Made by a program: the position numbers and the translations under genes. From a virus (lineage: Duplodnaviria; Caudoviricetes), in the IMG/VR virus record IMGVR_UViG_3300014208_000091, positions 1-35,213 of that record: a DNA stretch of 35,213 bases; one strand, given 5' to 3'. Every line of letters begins with the position of its first letter. Positions within the stretch are counted from its first letter, which is position 1. Below the pieces are notes generated by a model. It did no database searches, was not told the DNA's origin, and saw only the letters and a program-made list of their open reading frames with translations. Below are positions 8,859 to 18,696 of the stretch, one piece after another.

Positions 8859-9592
8859 TTAAATGTTTATGTGGCTGTGGAAATGAATTATTAGAATCTT
8901 CTTTAAAAAGAGGATTCAAATATATTCAAGGACACAATTCAAAGATAAACAATCCATTTTTGGGTAAACATCACACAGAAGAAACAAAAATAAAATATAA
9001 GGAAAGCATGAAATATTATAGAAATGGTAATCCTCTTTGGAAACAAAAATGTATTAACATAGTGCCAAGGATAGTATCACAGACAGAAAAAATAAACAAA
9101 AGCAATAAAATGAAACAACTTATAGCTGAAGGAAAATTTTTTACAATAGAGCATAGAGAAAAACTGTCAAAGGCAACTAAAGAAACTATGAAAAGTGTAG
9201 AGAATAGACGAATTGGTGAAAAGAATGGTATGTATGGAGTAAAATGTCCTAATTCAAAAAGAGTATTATATAATGGTATTAGTTTCAGAAGTACTTGGGA
9301 AGCAGAAATTGCAAAAGTATTTGATAAAGAAAAAATAGTTTGGCAATATGAATCAAAGAGATTTTATTATAAAAATTTTACTTATCTTCCTGATTTTTAT
9401 TTGCCAGATTATGATTTATATATTGAAGTAAAAGGATGGATTGGTAGAAATCCAGAGGACATCATTAAAATAAATACATTCAAAAAAGAAAATAGCTTAC
9501 TGTTAATAGATGGTATATTTTATAAAAAGATAGTATTGTCTCAGAATATATTACAATATATTTTAGAAGAAGGTGTCAAATGTTCGATTTAA
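8855..9592 (+). CDS. Free-standing putative homing endonuclease (CxCGC + NUMOD3-like + PD-(D/E)xK)
   Basis: KCLCGCG, GKHHTEETK, GEKNGMYG, FRSTWE, WQYE, YLPDFYL, IEVKG. Confidence 0.8.
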   Translation: MIKCLCGCGNELLESSLKRGFKYIQGHNSKINNPFLGKHHTEETKIKYKESMKYYRNGNPLWKQKCINIVPRIVSQTEKINKSNKMKQLIAEGKFFTIEHREKLSKATKETMKSVENRRIGEKNGMYGVKCPNSKRVLYNGISFRSTWEAEIAKVFDKEKIVWQYESKRFYYKNFTYLPDFYLPDYDLYIEVKGWIGRNPEDIIKINTFKKENSLLLIDGIFYKKIVLSQNILQYILEEGVKCSI

Positions 9593-10593
9593 TTAAATAT
9601 TGGAATCATCAAGTAGCATTTCCAGAGAGAGTTACAGTAAAGAATAAAGAACAAATGTTTTCTCTCTTGAATAAAGTAAATAAGATAAAGAACAAAATTT
9701 ATTTTAGTTTATATGATTGTGATGATAATGGAAAATTTTCAAAACCTCATATAGACAAAATTGCACTTGATTTAGATTCATTTAAATCATTCGAAAATAT
9801 AAAAGCTTCACATTACAAATTAATGAAGATGAACAGAAAACATCTTATGATATTTAGTACAGGTGGCTTTTGGCTCTATGAATTTACAAAGAATTATGAT
9901 AATTTAAAATATCCAAACTCAGCATTGTTAAATGCAATTGAATCAGTATTAAAAGAATTGAATTTGACAATGGGAAACGAAAAGGTTTGTGATACTGACC
10001 ATCACTGTGTTGATATTGCAAGAGTTGCAAGATTTCCAAATTCATTTGATAAAAAAAGAGGAATATATTGCATACCAATAACAGAAGAAGACCTTGAAAA
10101 AGGTTTCGATTGGATAAAAGAGAAAGCTAAAAAGCCATGTTATGAATTTATATATTATGGTGAAGAGCTTATTGATATGATACCATTTGATTCAGAGAGA
10201 AAGAAAGTATATAATGTAGAAATGCCAGAGTGGGATGTTGATGACTCTACATTTAAAAATATTTCAGATAACATAATTAGTGATTTCCCACCATGTATGA
10301 AAAGAATATTACTTGAAGACAACATTGATACTTATGACAATAGATATTTATTTGCACTTTATTGTCATGAGATTGGCTTACCTGCAGCGATTTGTAACAA
10401 GATAGCAAAAAAGTATTTTAGTAGAACAGAGAGAACAGATGGATTAGGAACAAATTATGACCATTTTGTAAAATTCAAAGTGCTTGAATATGCATATGGT
10501 AGAGATGATTTTTTTCCAACATGTGATTCTCTGTTTAGGAAAGGGTTGTGCAAAGGAAAGTGCCCAAAGTACAACAAAGCTGTATATAAATGA
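9580..10593 (+). CDS. Archaeo-eukaryotic primase, fused PriS-PriL type with Fe-S domain
   Basis: LDLD motif I, FSTGGFW (motif II variant), D..RVARFPNS; C-term FPPCM...NRY...PTC...GLC.GKC with four Cys. Confidence 0.8.
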   Translation: MFDLIKYWNHQVAFPERVTVKNKEQMFSLLNKVNKIKNKIYFSLYDCDDNGKFSKPHIDKIALDLDSFKSFENIKASHYKLMKMNRKHLMIFSTGGFWLYEFTKNYDNLKYPNSALLNAIESVLKELNLTMGNEKVCDTDHHCVDIARVARFPNSFDKKRGIYCIPITEEDLEKGFDWIKEKAKKPCYEFIYYGEELIDMIPFDSERKKVYNVEMPEWDVDDSTFKNISDNIISDFPPCMKRILLEDNIDTYDNRYLFALYCHEIGLPAAICNKIAKKYFSRTERTDGLGTNYDHFVKFKVLEYAYGRDDFFPTCDSLFRKGLCKGKCPKYNKAVYK

Positions 10594-10694
10594 TTTGAGG
10601 TGCAATAAAATGAAAAAAAATTTTGAATTTGTAGACATAGAAGATTTTGAAAAGAAAAATTGTGGAAATATAAAATTAACGGGAGATGATGAAA

Positions 10695-13600
10695 ATGAAT
10701 AAAGCAATATTATTTGTATTTGGTGTTTTCTTATTTTGTGGAGTAGCAACAGCAGCAACATATGATTGTTGGCAAGAGAATGCTAAGCAATCAACAAGTT
10801 GTGGTGGATTAAATACAGGAAATTATTCTTGGACAGGAACAACTTGGTCAAACATAACAAGAGCATTTGATAACAATTGGCTAACATCAACAAAATATAG
10901 TGTATTTGCTAATGGAGATTTTTATCCTACTTTTGCAAAACCATTAAATGCAGCAAATACAAGCAAATTAAAAATAAGTGCTGGTACATATCTGAGAGAT
11001 GTAAGTATACCTCAACAATGCTTTGTACAGCCACAATTAAAATTTAGGATTAGCATAAATAAAGATGGATGTCCAACCTGTACAAATAGAAACTTAAAAA
11101 CTTATTGCTGGGATGGAACATCATGGTATAAAATGTCATTTGGTAACTCTGGTGCAAATATATTAACTAACATAGGAATGGCATGGAAAATAAATATTGT
11201 TCCTGGAACAGTACAAAATACAACAAATGTTACTTGCCAAAATTGTGTAGCTCCTCCTGCATCAACATCAATACTTTATGGTAAGGTTACAAGAGATGGA
11301 ATTAGTGTCGCAAATCTTACAGTAAAAGTAAGTTGTAATGGATTTAATAAAACAGCAAAAACATCAGCAAATGGAGATTATTCTTTGGCATATTCTGCTA
11401 TACAGTGTACAGTTTATGATAACTATACAGTATCTACAACTGATGGTACTTATTTAGTAACTTCATCTGCATTAGTTGAAAGTGCTTCTGGATGTGGAGT
11501 AAATATTGGTAAATTAGATTTGAATTTACCAATTTGTTCAGTTGGTACAAAGAAGTGTGGAATAGAAACTGTTAATCAGATAATGCAGTGTACCAATGGA
11601 TATTCTTGGAACACAACACTGTGTGAATATGGATGTAGCGATACTCCAGGAACAGTGCCAAAGTGTAATGTATGTGAACAGAACTCATTAAGTTGTAGAA
11701 ATGGTAATACGATAGATTTCTGTACAGGTAGTAATTGGATACAAAATACAACTTGTGAATATGGATGCAAATTAGATGAAAATACTTGTAAAGTATGTGA
11801 AGCAGGAGCAAAGACTTGTGCAGTTAGTTCAAGTGAATTGTCTATTTGTAAAGCAGATGGCTCTGGTTTTGATGTAACTAATTGCCAATATGGATGTGAT
11901 TCAGAAACAAATTCTTGTAGACAACCAATCTGTATAGTAAATGAAACAAAGTGTCTTGATGAAGAAAATATTAGTATTTGTACAGATGGATTTACTTGGG
12001 AGCCAAAAGAAACTTGTGATTATAGTTGTAGTATTGGCAGTAAAGTATGTAAGGAATGTTCTACTGGAGATACACAGTGTAAATTTAATACAGAGCAGAC
12101 AGACTGTATAAATTATGTATGTAAAGGTACAGATGGTTTAAGTTTTGAACAGACATGTGGTGACGATGGCATGTGGGAAACAGAATTAACTTCTTGTTCA
12201 ACAGGATGTGGACCATTCAACTCTTGCTCTGTGTGTGAACCATACTCAAGAACTTGCAATGGAAATGTTTTAGAAACTTGTAATAATATGGGATATGATT
12301 CTACAAGCAAGAAGTGTGAGTTTGGATGTGATGCAGAAACAACTTGGTGTAATATTTGTGCTCCTGGAACAAATGCATGTTTCGGAAATGAAGTAAAAAC
12401 TTGTCTTACAAATGGTAGAGGATGGGACGATGCAACTGTAGAGACTTGTGAAAATGGATGCCATGCAGGAAAATGTACAACTGAAGATAAATGTAATCCA
12501 TCATATGATGATGTTTTACTTGTAACAAATATAAATAGTGAAATAAGTAAAAACATAAGTGATTACTTTATAGAAAAGAGAGGAATTACTCATCAAGTAT
12601 TTATTAATGTAACAGCAAGTGAATCAATAAGTTATGCAAATTATAACAAAAGTATAAGACAAGTAATAGAAAAATATCTTGTAGATAATAATTTGCAAAA
12701 TGAAATAAATTATATAGTAACAACAAAAGGTGTACCATTAAAAACTACTTGGACAGCAGGAATGACAAATGGATATAAGTCTATTGATAATATGCTTGTT
12801 AGTATACTAACAAATTCAACAGATTCAGGAAGTTATGTATCAAATCCTGTATATAATAAAGCAATTACAGACGATAACATAAAACAGACATATAACATAT
12901 ATTTAGTGACAAGACTTGACGGAAGAAATATTGATGACATAAAAAAACTAATACCAGAAAAAACTTGTAACGAATTATCTGGAAAAGTATTACTTGATAG
13001 AAATCCATCAAAGACAGGAGGATATCTTACTTGGGATAAAAAAATTGAAGTAGCAAATAATGTTTTGATAGCAAGAGGATATGCAACACTATTTGATAAT
13101 ACATCTGGTTTTGTAGTAAATAAAACAAATTTAGATGGTTATTATTCTTGGGGAAGTAATGATAAGGGTAGCTGTGATGCAATTTCAAATAGTAGTGCAT
13201 GGGGATTTACTTTTAATCCAGGAAGTATTGGTGACACTGGTGTATCGACATCAGGAAGAACTTTCGATGGATATTGGTCAAGAGCATGGAATGGAACTGC
13301 TTGGGTAAATTGTTCACAAAGCTTGACTGCTGATTTAATAAGCATGGGAATATCAGGAACAAAAGGATATGTTGCTGAACCATATACAACAGCATTATCA
13401 GAACCAGATATTACATATGATAGATATACCAATGGATACAATATTGCACAAGCATTATATATGTCAAGCCAAGTAATAAATTGGATGGATGTATATATTG
13501 GTGATCCAAAAGTAAATATTCAAGCAAATACAGTATCTGAGTGTACAATAAATCAAGCAACTTGTATAAATGAAAACCAATATGGAACTTGTGGTACTGA

Positions 13601-14285
13601 TGGAAAGTGGAAAGTAATAGAGTGCGAATATGGATGTTATTCAGGATTCTGTAGACACTGTCCAGCAGAATGGGAATTGCCATTCGACAGTCCACAATTA
13701 GCAATAAATCCAGTAGAATTTGAGCCATATTCATTTTATAGGAAGGTAGAGTGTAATGGTGCTGATACATATAAAAATTGTTTTCAAGGACAATGGAAAA
13801 CAACAAGCTGTGCATTTGGTTTCTGTAATCCAGAAGACAATACTTGCAGAGGTAGACCAAATTATACTTGTGGATATGGAAGTCTTTCTGGACTGCCAGA
13901 ATGTAGTGGAGTTTCAGTAGTTTATTCAGTTGTTGGAAACATAGCAAATGTTACAAACATATTTGATGGAAATAGAAATACATCTGCGATACCATTAACT
14001 TTCCCGTCATATTTGTATATTAATGTAACATTGCCAGCAAATGCAACTTACTGGCACTTTAATGTATACTCTGCAACAGAAAGTTTGGGATGGTCTTCAG
14101 CAGAGCAGATAAGAACAGCAAATGGAGTTGCCAAATATAGAGTTGTATTTAACAACAATGCAAAAACATATCAAGCATGGAATGGTACTGCTTGGAAAGA
14201 CTTTGGCTACTTATCTGGAGCACCAGCAACAATTGCAAAGGGTAACTACTTGTATGATTTATCCTTTGAATTTGAAGTGCAATAA
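10695..14285 (+). CDS. Large secreted Cys-rich repeat protein with a TIGR03790-like domain
   Basis: Signal peptide; about ten C..G...C......C..G.W....C.YGC repeats; VLLVTN.NS..S..I.DYF..KR, KGVPL, LVTRLDG, WGSND, STSGRT, GYVAEPY, IGDP. Confidence 0.8.
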   Translation: MNKAILFVFGVFLFCGVATAATYDCWQENAKQSTSCGGLNTGNYSWTGTTWSNITRAFDNNWLTSTKYSVFANGDFYPTFAKPLNAANTSKLKISAGTYLRDVSIPQQCFVQPQLKFRISINKDGCPTCTNRNLKTYCWDGTSWYKMSFGNSGANILTNIGMAWKINIVPGTVQNTTNVTCQNCVAPPASTSILYGKVTRDGISVANLTVKVSCNGFNKTAKTSANGDYSLAYSAIQCTVYDNYTVSTTDGTYLVTSSALVESASGCGVNIGKLDLNLPICSVGTKKCGIETVNQIMQCTNGYSWNTTLCEYGCSDTPGTVPKCNVCEQNSLSCRNGNTIDFCTGSNWIQNTTCEYGCKLDENTCKVCEAGAKTCAVSSSELSICKADGSGFDVTNCQYGCDSETNSCRQPICIVNETKCLDEENISICTDGFTWEPKETCDYSCSIGSKVCKECSTGDTQCKFNTEQTDCINYVCKGTDGLSFEQTCGDDGMWETELTSCSTGCGPFNSCSVCEPYSRTCNGNVLETCNNMGYDSTSKKCEFGCDAETTWCNICAPGTNACFGNEVKTCLTNGRGWDDATVETCENGCHAGKCTTEDKCNPSYDDVLLVTNINSEISKNISDYFIEKRGITHQVFINVTASESISYANYNKSIRQVIEKYLVDNNLQNEINYIVTTKGVPLKTTWTAGMTNGYKSIDNMLVSILTNSTDSGSYVSNPVYNKAITDDNIKQTYNIYLVTRLDGRNIDDIKKLIPEKTCNELSGKVLLDRNPSKTGGYLTWDKKIEVANNVLIARGYATLFDNTSGFVVNKTNLDGYYSWGSNDKGSCDAISNSSAWGFTFNPGSIGDTGVSTSGRTFDGYWSRAWNGTAWVNCSQSLTADLISMGISGTKGYVAEPYTTALSEPDITYDRYTNGYNIAQALYMSSQVINWMDVYIGDPKVNIQANTVSECTINQATCINENQYGTCGTDGKWKVIECEYGCYSGFCRHCPAEWELPFDSPQLAINPVEFEPYSFYRKVECNGADTYKNCFQGQWKTTSCAFGFCNPEDNTCRGRPNYTCGYGSLSGLPECSGVSVVYSVVGNIANVTNIFDGNRNTSAIPLTFPSYLYINVTLPANATYWHFNVYSATESLGWSSAEQIRTANGVAKYRVVFNNNAKTYQAWNGTAWKDFGYLSGAPATIAKGNYLYDLSFEFEVQ

Positions 14286-14311
14286 TTTTTTTATTTTTTT
14301 TATATTTTTTT
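14286..14311 (+). terminator. Oligo-T tract terminator (archaeal type)
   Basis: Long T-rich run directly after the stop codon, no hairpin. Confidence 0.6.
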
Positions 14312-14327
14312 GTGGTAGGCAATTAAA

Positions 14328-14534
14328 ATGGATTTATCAGAAATACATTCATGTTCAAAAAGTCATGGAAAGATAGTAAATATTAGGATTGACTATCTTG
14401 GTCAAACATATTGTGGATACTGTGGAGATAAAATAGATTATAAAAAATATTTTGAGTATGAGTTTGAGAATAATATTAAATTCAGAAGACTTGTAGAGGA
14501 GTTTGGTGGTAAAAATGAACAAGAAAGGAAGTAA
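14328..14534 (+). CDS. Small protein with a CxxC motif
   Basis: HSC...H and CGYCG. Confidence 0.55.
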   Translation: MDLSEIHSCSKSHGKIVNIRIDYLGQTYCGYCGDKIDYKKYFEYEFENNIKFRRLVEEFGGKNEQERK

Positions 14535-15006
14535 TGGTGGATTTAACTTTATTTTAGTTATGATATTATTAGTTTCCACAGGATACCTAATATATTCAAT
14601 GAATACAAATAGTGGAATATTTAAACAAACCAGTCTACAAGTTCCACAATATGCTACTAATTGTCCAGCAACATATGAAAAAGAATATAAGAGCTGTATG
14701 GCAGAGAATAAAAATACAGTTGATAATTTTAATGATATTAGGTCAAGATATACAAAGTGTATAGAAAAAATAGCAATAATCCCATGGACAATATTTATTG
14801 TATCAGGAGCATTTTGTATTTTTACAATTGTTGGTATAGTATATAATGAAATTTTGTTAAGAAAAATTCATAAGCACACAGAAGATTTACAAAAACAGAG
14901 AGCTGCTTTTGATATGGAGAAGAGAAGAGCAATCTCTGGTAGTGGTATATTAAAAAATGAGAATGGTGGTGTTTTAGATGGACATGGAAATATTCAAGAA
15001 AAGTAG
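14515..15006 (+). CDS. Membrane protein with two TM segments
   Basis: Two hydrophobic stretches flanking a Cys-containing loop. Confidence 0.6.
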   Translation: MNKKGSNGGFNFILVMILLVSTGYLIYSMNTNSGIFKQTSLQVPQYATNCPATYEKEYKSCMAENKNTVDNFNDIRSRYTKCIEKIAIIPWTIFIVSGAFCIFTIVGIVYNEILLRKIHKHTEDLQKQRAAFDMEKRRAISGSGILKNENGGVLDGHGNIQEK

Positions 15007-15511
15007 AAACCTTGCTGATTTGCAAAAAGAATTAGTAAAGAATGGTGAATTAGTAAATGAAACTACAACAGAAACACCATCAGAGAATAAGTTTGGAAAC
15101 TTAATGACTTCAAATAACATAAAAGTAATTGCAAGTTTTATGTTAAACAATAGGCAATATGATTTTAAACTTTATGATTATCCTATACTTATAGAGATAG
15201 ATGGTGCTATACACAATGAAATGGAGAGAAGACAAAAAGATTATGTAAAAGATAGATATGCAACATCAAAAGGATATAGAGTAATAAGATTTACAAACAA
15301 TGAAATTGAAAGAGAGCAAAGCATGGTTCTTCAATCAGTAAGAGAAGTAATGAAAGGAATGAGTAAGTCTCCAAGAATTGCATATGTTTATCCACTTAGT
15401 ATAAAAGAACAAATACAATATTGGTATTATAAAAAGTTTCATAGAGGAGAAAAATTTACAAAAACATTCCAGTATTTTAAAGAATTAAAAGAACAGAAGG
15501 TGAAAAAATGA
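14978..15511 (+). CDS. DUF559/Vsr-like endonuclease
   Basis: YDF...ILIEIDGAIH...KD..KD......GYRVIRFTN. Confidence 0.8.
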   Translation: MDMEIFKKSRNLADLQKELVKNGELVNETTTETPSENKFGNLMTSNNIKVIASFMLNNRQYDFKLYDYPILIEIDGAIHNEMERRQKDYVKDRYATSKGYRVIRFTNNEIEREQSMVLQSVREVMKGMSKSPRIAYVYPLSIKEQIQYWYYKKFHRGEKFTKTFQYFKELKEQKVKK

Positions 15512-16089
15512 AAAAAAACTCATTATTAATATTTTTTTTATTTACAATATTTTTAACAGGATGCACAGAAGATAGTGGTAAACCAGTAGCAATTGAGAAT
15601 TATATAATTCCAAGTCACTATTTAGTATTCATAGATTTTTTAGATGTAAATGCAAGAACATTTGATGATGCAAGAGATTTAAAATCGTGTTATGATATAG
15701 AAATATATATTCCCTCTAGTAATAGACAATTTTGTCAATATTCATATGAAATGACAATTAAAAATATTACTTACAATGGCAATGATTATTGTTTATACTC
15801 AGACAAAAAAAATATACTTACAAATGATAGGCATACAAGTGAATTTACTATTTATGATAAAATGGAATATCCACCTATAATTAAAATAACTTCAGAAAAA
15901 TTAAATTATACGACAATACATACAATTAGTGATTATTCGACTACTATTTTAGAGCATGTATTAATTAATAAAAATTATACAACAAAATATGTATGTAAAT
16001 TTATGGATAAAGAAATTGCAAATAATTTAACATATGAACAACTTTCAAATTATACTTGCAGCTCATATAATGTAGATTGTAAAAATTAA
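15508..16089 (+). CDS. Putative lipoprotein
   Basis: MKK + hydrophobic stretch + LTGC; several N-x-S/T sequons. Confidence 0.65.
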   Translation: MKKNSLLIFFLFTIFLTGCTEDSGKPVAIENYIIPSHYLVFIDFLDVNARTFDDARDLKSCYDIEIYIPSSNRQFCQYSYEMTIKNITYNGNDYCLYSDKKNILTNDRHTSEFTIYDKMEYPPIIKITSEKLNYTTIHTISDYSTTILEHVLINKNYTTKYVCKFMDKEIANNLTYEQLSNYTCSSYNVDCKN

Positions 16090-16100
16090 AAGGTGAAAAA

Positions 16101-16595
16101 ATGATATTTGTAGGAATTGATGGTGGACTTAATGGAGCAATTGTTGCTATTAATGAGACAGGGAATATTCTTGTAAGAAAAACTATGCCGATTGTTAAGG
16201 GAAAAGGAAGGTCTGAATATGATATTCCGGAAATCATAAAAATATTTAAAGAACTAAAAGCAACTAATGTCGAGCTGATTGCTGGTTTAGAGAAAGCACA
16301 AGTGTCTCCAATCATTAGTAAGAATTCAGCTTTTAGTATGGGGTATTGCAATGGTATGTTCCAAGGTATATTATCTGCTCTTAATATTTCGTACATGGTT
16401 TTTAGAGCAATTGATTGGCAGAAAGATATTTTGCAAGGAATAAATGGAACAGATACAAAACAAAGGTCAATAATGTGGTGCAAGAGAAGGTATCCTGAGC
16501 AAGACTGGAGAGCAACATCAAGAAGTATAAATGACCACGATGGTTTATGTGATGCTACAGGAATAGCTAATTATGTACAGAGGAAAACAAAATGA
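16101..16595 (+). CDS. RuvC-like Holliday junction resolvase
   Basis: IFVGIDGGLNGAI, LEK, SAFSMG...G, WQK, K..S, HDGLCDA. Confidence 0.8.
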   Translation: MIFVGIDGGLNGAIVAINETGNILVRKTMPIVKGKGRSEYDIPEIIKIFKELKATNVELIAGLEKAQVSPIISKNSAFSMGYCNGMFQGILSALNISYMVFRAIDWQKDILQGINGTDTKQRSIMWCKRRYPEQDWRATSRSINDHDGLCDATGIANYVQRKTK

Positions 16596-16792
16596 AAAAA
16601 ATAGATTTTACAAGATTATTGAAACTTGACTTTAAATTTGAAGAGTCTGAAAACTTTGTAGTTGCAAGAAGTAAACACTTCTTTACTATTAAACACACAG
16701 ATATTCTTTTTGAAGAAATGAGAGCAAATGGTTTTATATTAAGAGCTATACATAATGATTTAAGTGCAAGATTTATATTTGAGAGAAAATGA
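16592..16792 (+). CDS. Hypothetical protein
   Basis: ATGA coupling at both ends. Confidence 0.55.
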   Translation: MKKIDFTRLLKLDFKFEESENFVVARSKHFFTIKHTDILFEEMRANGFILRAIHNDLSARFIFERK

Positions 16793-16906
16793 AAAGATAT
16801 TTAAAATATAATTTTACTAAGAAATGTAGTAAATGTAAAAAAGAGCACATAAGCAATCCTGTCTGTGATAAATATCATCAAGATGGTAATTGTATGGAGA
16901 ATAAAA

Positions 16907-17266
16907 ATGGTCAGCAAAAAAATTAAATTATCAAGGCACATAAAAAGGGTCTCAAGGATAAAGACTATAAAAACGATGGCAATCATAGCAATAGTTGTTT
17001 TGCTTATAATGAATTTGTCTGCTATTGGAGATTTATTTAAGTCTTTAGATTGTGAAAAATTTAATGAACATAGAGAAATTAACTCTGGTGTTGGAGAGTG
17101 TCAATCTTGGACACCATCATCTTGCATTTTGTCTACATGTTATGCTTATCATACATTTCAAGATAGTTTGAATGCAATATGTTATCTTATAGTATTAATA
17201 ATTGTAATGTTAGTATTGCTTCTCTTAGAGAATAGAAGATTTTTTAAAGAGCAAACAGAACTCTAG
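16907..17266 (+). CDS. Membrane protein with two TM segments
   Basis: Two hydrophobic segments and a Cys-rich loop; GGAG upstream. Confidence 0.55.
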   Translation: MVSKKIKLSRHIKRVSRIKTIKTMAIIAIVVLLIMNLSAIGDLFKSLDCEKFNEHREINSGVGECQSWTPSSCILSTCYAYHTFQDSLNAICYLIVLIIVMLVLLLLENRRFFKEQTEL

Positions 17267-17274
17267 GTGATAAA

Positions 17275-17424
17275 ATGAAGTTTGGATTTTTTAGTCCATT
17301 TTATGGAGTGGATGATTATTATAGTGGCAAAAAAACAATTGGATTTATTAAATTTGCTTTTAGTGAATTTGTTCAATCAGGATTATGGCTACTTATATTG
17401 TTAAAAATGTTTGGAGGTATTTAA
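17275..17424 (+). CDS. Small membrane protein, 49 aa
   Basis: Read by eye (MKFGFFSPF...); GGTGA RBS. Confidence 0.5.
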   Translation: MKFGFFSPFYGVDDYYSGKKTIGFIKFAFSEFVQSGLWLLILLKMFGGI

Positions 17425-17425
17425 A

Positions 17426-17695
17426 ATGGCAGACTTTAGTATATTCGGATATTTGTTTTGTATGGGACTTGGTGCACTAATATTTTATGGTATTGTTCAA
17501 TCAAATAGAAAGTTATTGCTGCATACAATGAGGATTTACATAAATATGGAAATGCATAATTTACTTATAAATAAAATTGATGCACAACTTAAAAATAATA
17601 ATTCAGATAGAGAAAAAGTTGATGTAGAAAAGATATTGAATGCATTTGATAAGGAATTATCAGTAATGAGAAATATAACTATAAAGAGGAAATAA
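17426..17695 (+). CDS. Membrane-anchored hypothetical protein
   Basis: GGAGGT RBS; N-terminal TM segment. Confidence 0.6.
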   Translation: MADFSIFGYLFCMGLGALIFYGIVQSNRKLLLHTMRIYINMEMHNLLINKIDAQLKNNNSDREKVDVEKILNAFDKELSVMRNITIKRK

Positions 17696-17696
17696 A

Positions 17697-18161
17697 ATGA
17701 AAAAAATAGGAGTAATAACATATATTTTTTCAATTGTTTTTATTTTTATTGGTGCATTCTCTTTAGGTGCATATATGCAAAAATCTTTAGTAATTGGTTC
17801 AATTGACAACAATAAGGCATGCATGAAGTATCTTGGTGAATGCTGGGACAATGAGCATAAATGCTTGGCAAACCAGACAGTAGTAAATTATAATGTTAAT
17901 ATGCCAAGCAATATATCGTATAGTATGGATTTAGGAAATAATTTTATGCAGTTTCTTAATGAGACAAAAGTAGAAGCAGAAAAACAAAAACAATTAGAAC
18001 AGAAAAAAATGAATTTTTCAAATTTTCTAATACCTGCAGAGAGTATAGGAAAATATAAAACAGTTGATAGCTTAAATAATTGCACTTATGATGGATGTAA
18101 TTGGCAGTGCTGTGATAAAGGTATTTGTACGACAACACTTGTTGCATGTTATGAGGAATAA
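17697..18161 (+). CDS. Membrane-anchored protein with a Cys-rich C-terminus
   Basis: N-terminal TM; C-term CTYDGCNWQCCDKGICTTTLVAC. Confidence 0.6.
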   Translation: MKKIGVITYIFSIVFIFIGAFSLGAYMQKSLVIGSIDNNKACMKYLGECWDNEHKCLANQTVVNYNVNMPSNISYSMDLGNNFMQFLNETKVEAEKQKQLEQKKMNFSNFLIPAESIGKYKTVDSLNNCTYDGCNWQCCDKGICTTTLVACYEE

Positions 18162-18163
18162 AT

Positions 18164-18562
18164 ATGGAACATCGCAAAGGTAGGACTTCAGAAGAGTTTA
18201 TTCATAAATTTTTTAAGGGAGAACTTGTGTCTGAGCACATAGACTTTTGCGACCTTGAAACAAAAAAATATCTTTATGAAATAAAAAGCATGAAAATATA
18301 TCATGAAGGAAAAAAAGATAAGAGAATAAGATTTGGAAGATATCAAATAATGCTTGACAATCACAAGAAAATAAAAGAGTCAGCAGATGAAAAGAATAAG
18401 AAAGCAAAATATGTTTTTGTTTTAGTAATTGGTGAAACAAAAGTTTTTAAAGTATTAAGCTGGGAATCAGTAGACAGAATGATAATAGAAAATGGAAAAA
18501 TTGCAAAAAAAGCAAGTGAAGATAGAGAAAGGTGTCACTTATCTATTAATTGTATTTGGTAA
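18164..18562 (+). CDS. PD-(D/E)xK-family nuclease
   Basis: G..SE, CD......YEIKS, GRY, YVFV pattern. Confidence 0.6.
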   Translation: MEHRKGRTSEEFIHKFFKGELVSEHIDFCDLETKKYLYEIKSMKIYHEGKKDKRIRFGRYQIMLDNHKKIKESADEKNKKAKYVFVLVIGETKVFKVLSWESVDRMIIENGKIAKKASEDRERCHLSINCIW

Positions 18563-18567
18563 ATAAA

Positions 18568-18696
18568 ATGGACAACTGCAAATCAATGTGCAAAAAAACA
18601 GGAAAGAGATGTACAAGAAAGGCAGTACTACTTGGATATTGCAATGCACACTTTAATCTTGCAAGAGATAATGGTGAATTAGAAGAGGATGACTAA
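18568..18696 (+). CDS. Small C3H Zn-finger-like protein, 42 aa
   Basis: Read by eye: MDNCKSMCKKTGKRCTRKAVLLGYCNAH. Confidence 0.5.
   Translation: MDNCKSMCKKTGKRCTRKAVLLGYCNAHFNLARDNGELEEDD

Noticed and set aside
11530-12500. CRISPR-like or nucleotide tandem repeats in the large Cys-rich gene
   Set aside because: The repetition is at protein level (C.YGC units) with diverged DNA; no constant repeat-spacer structure was seen anywhere in the window.
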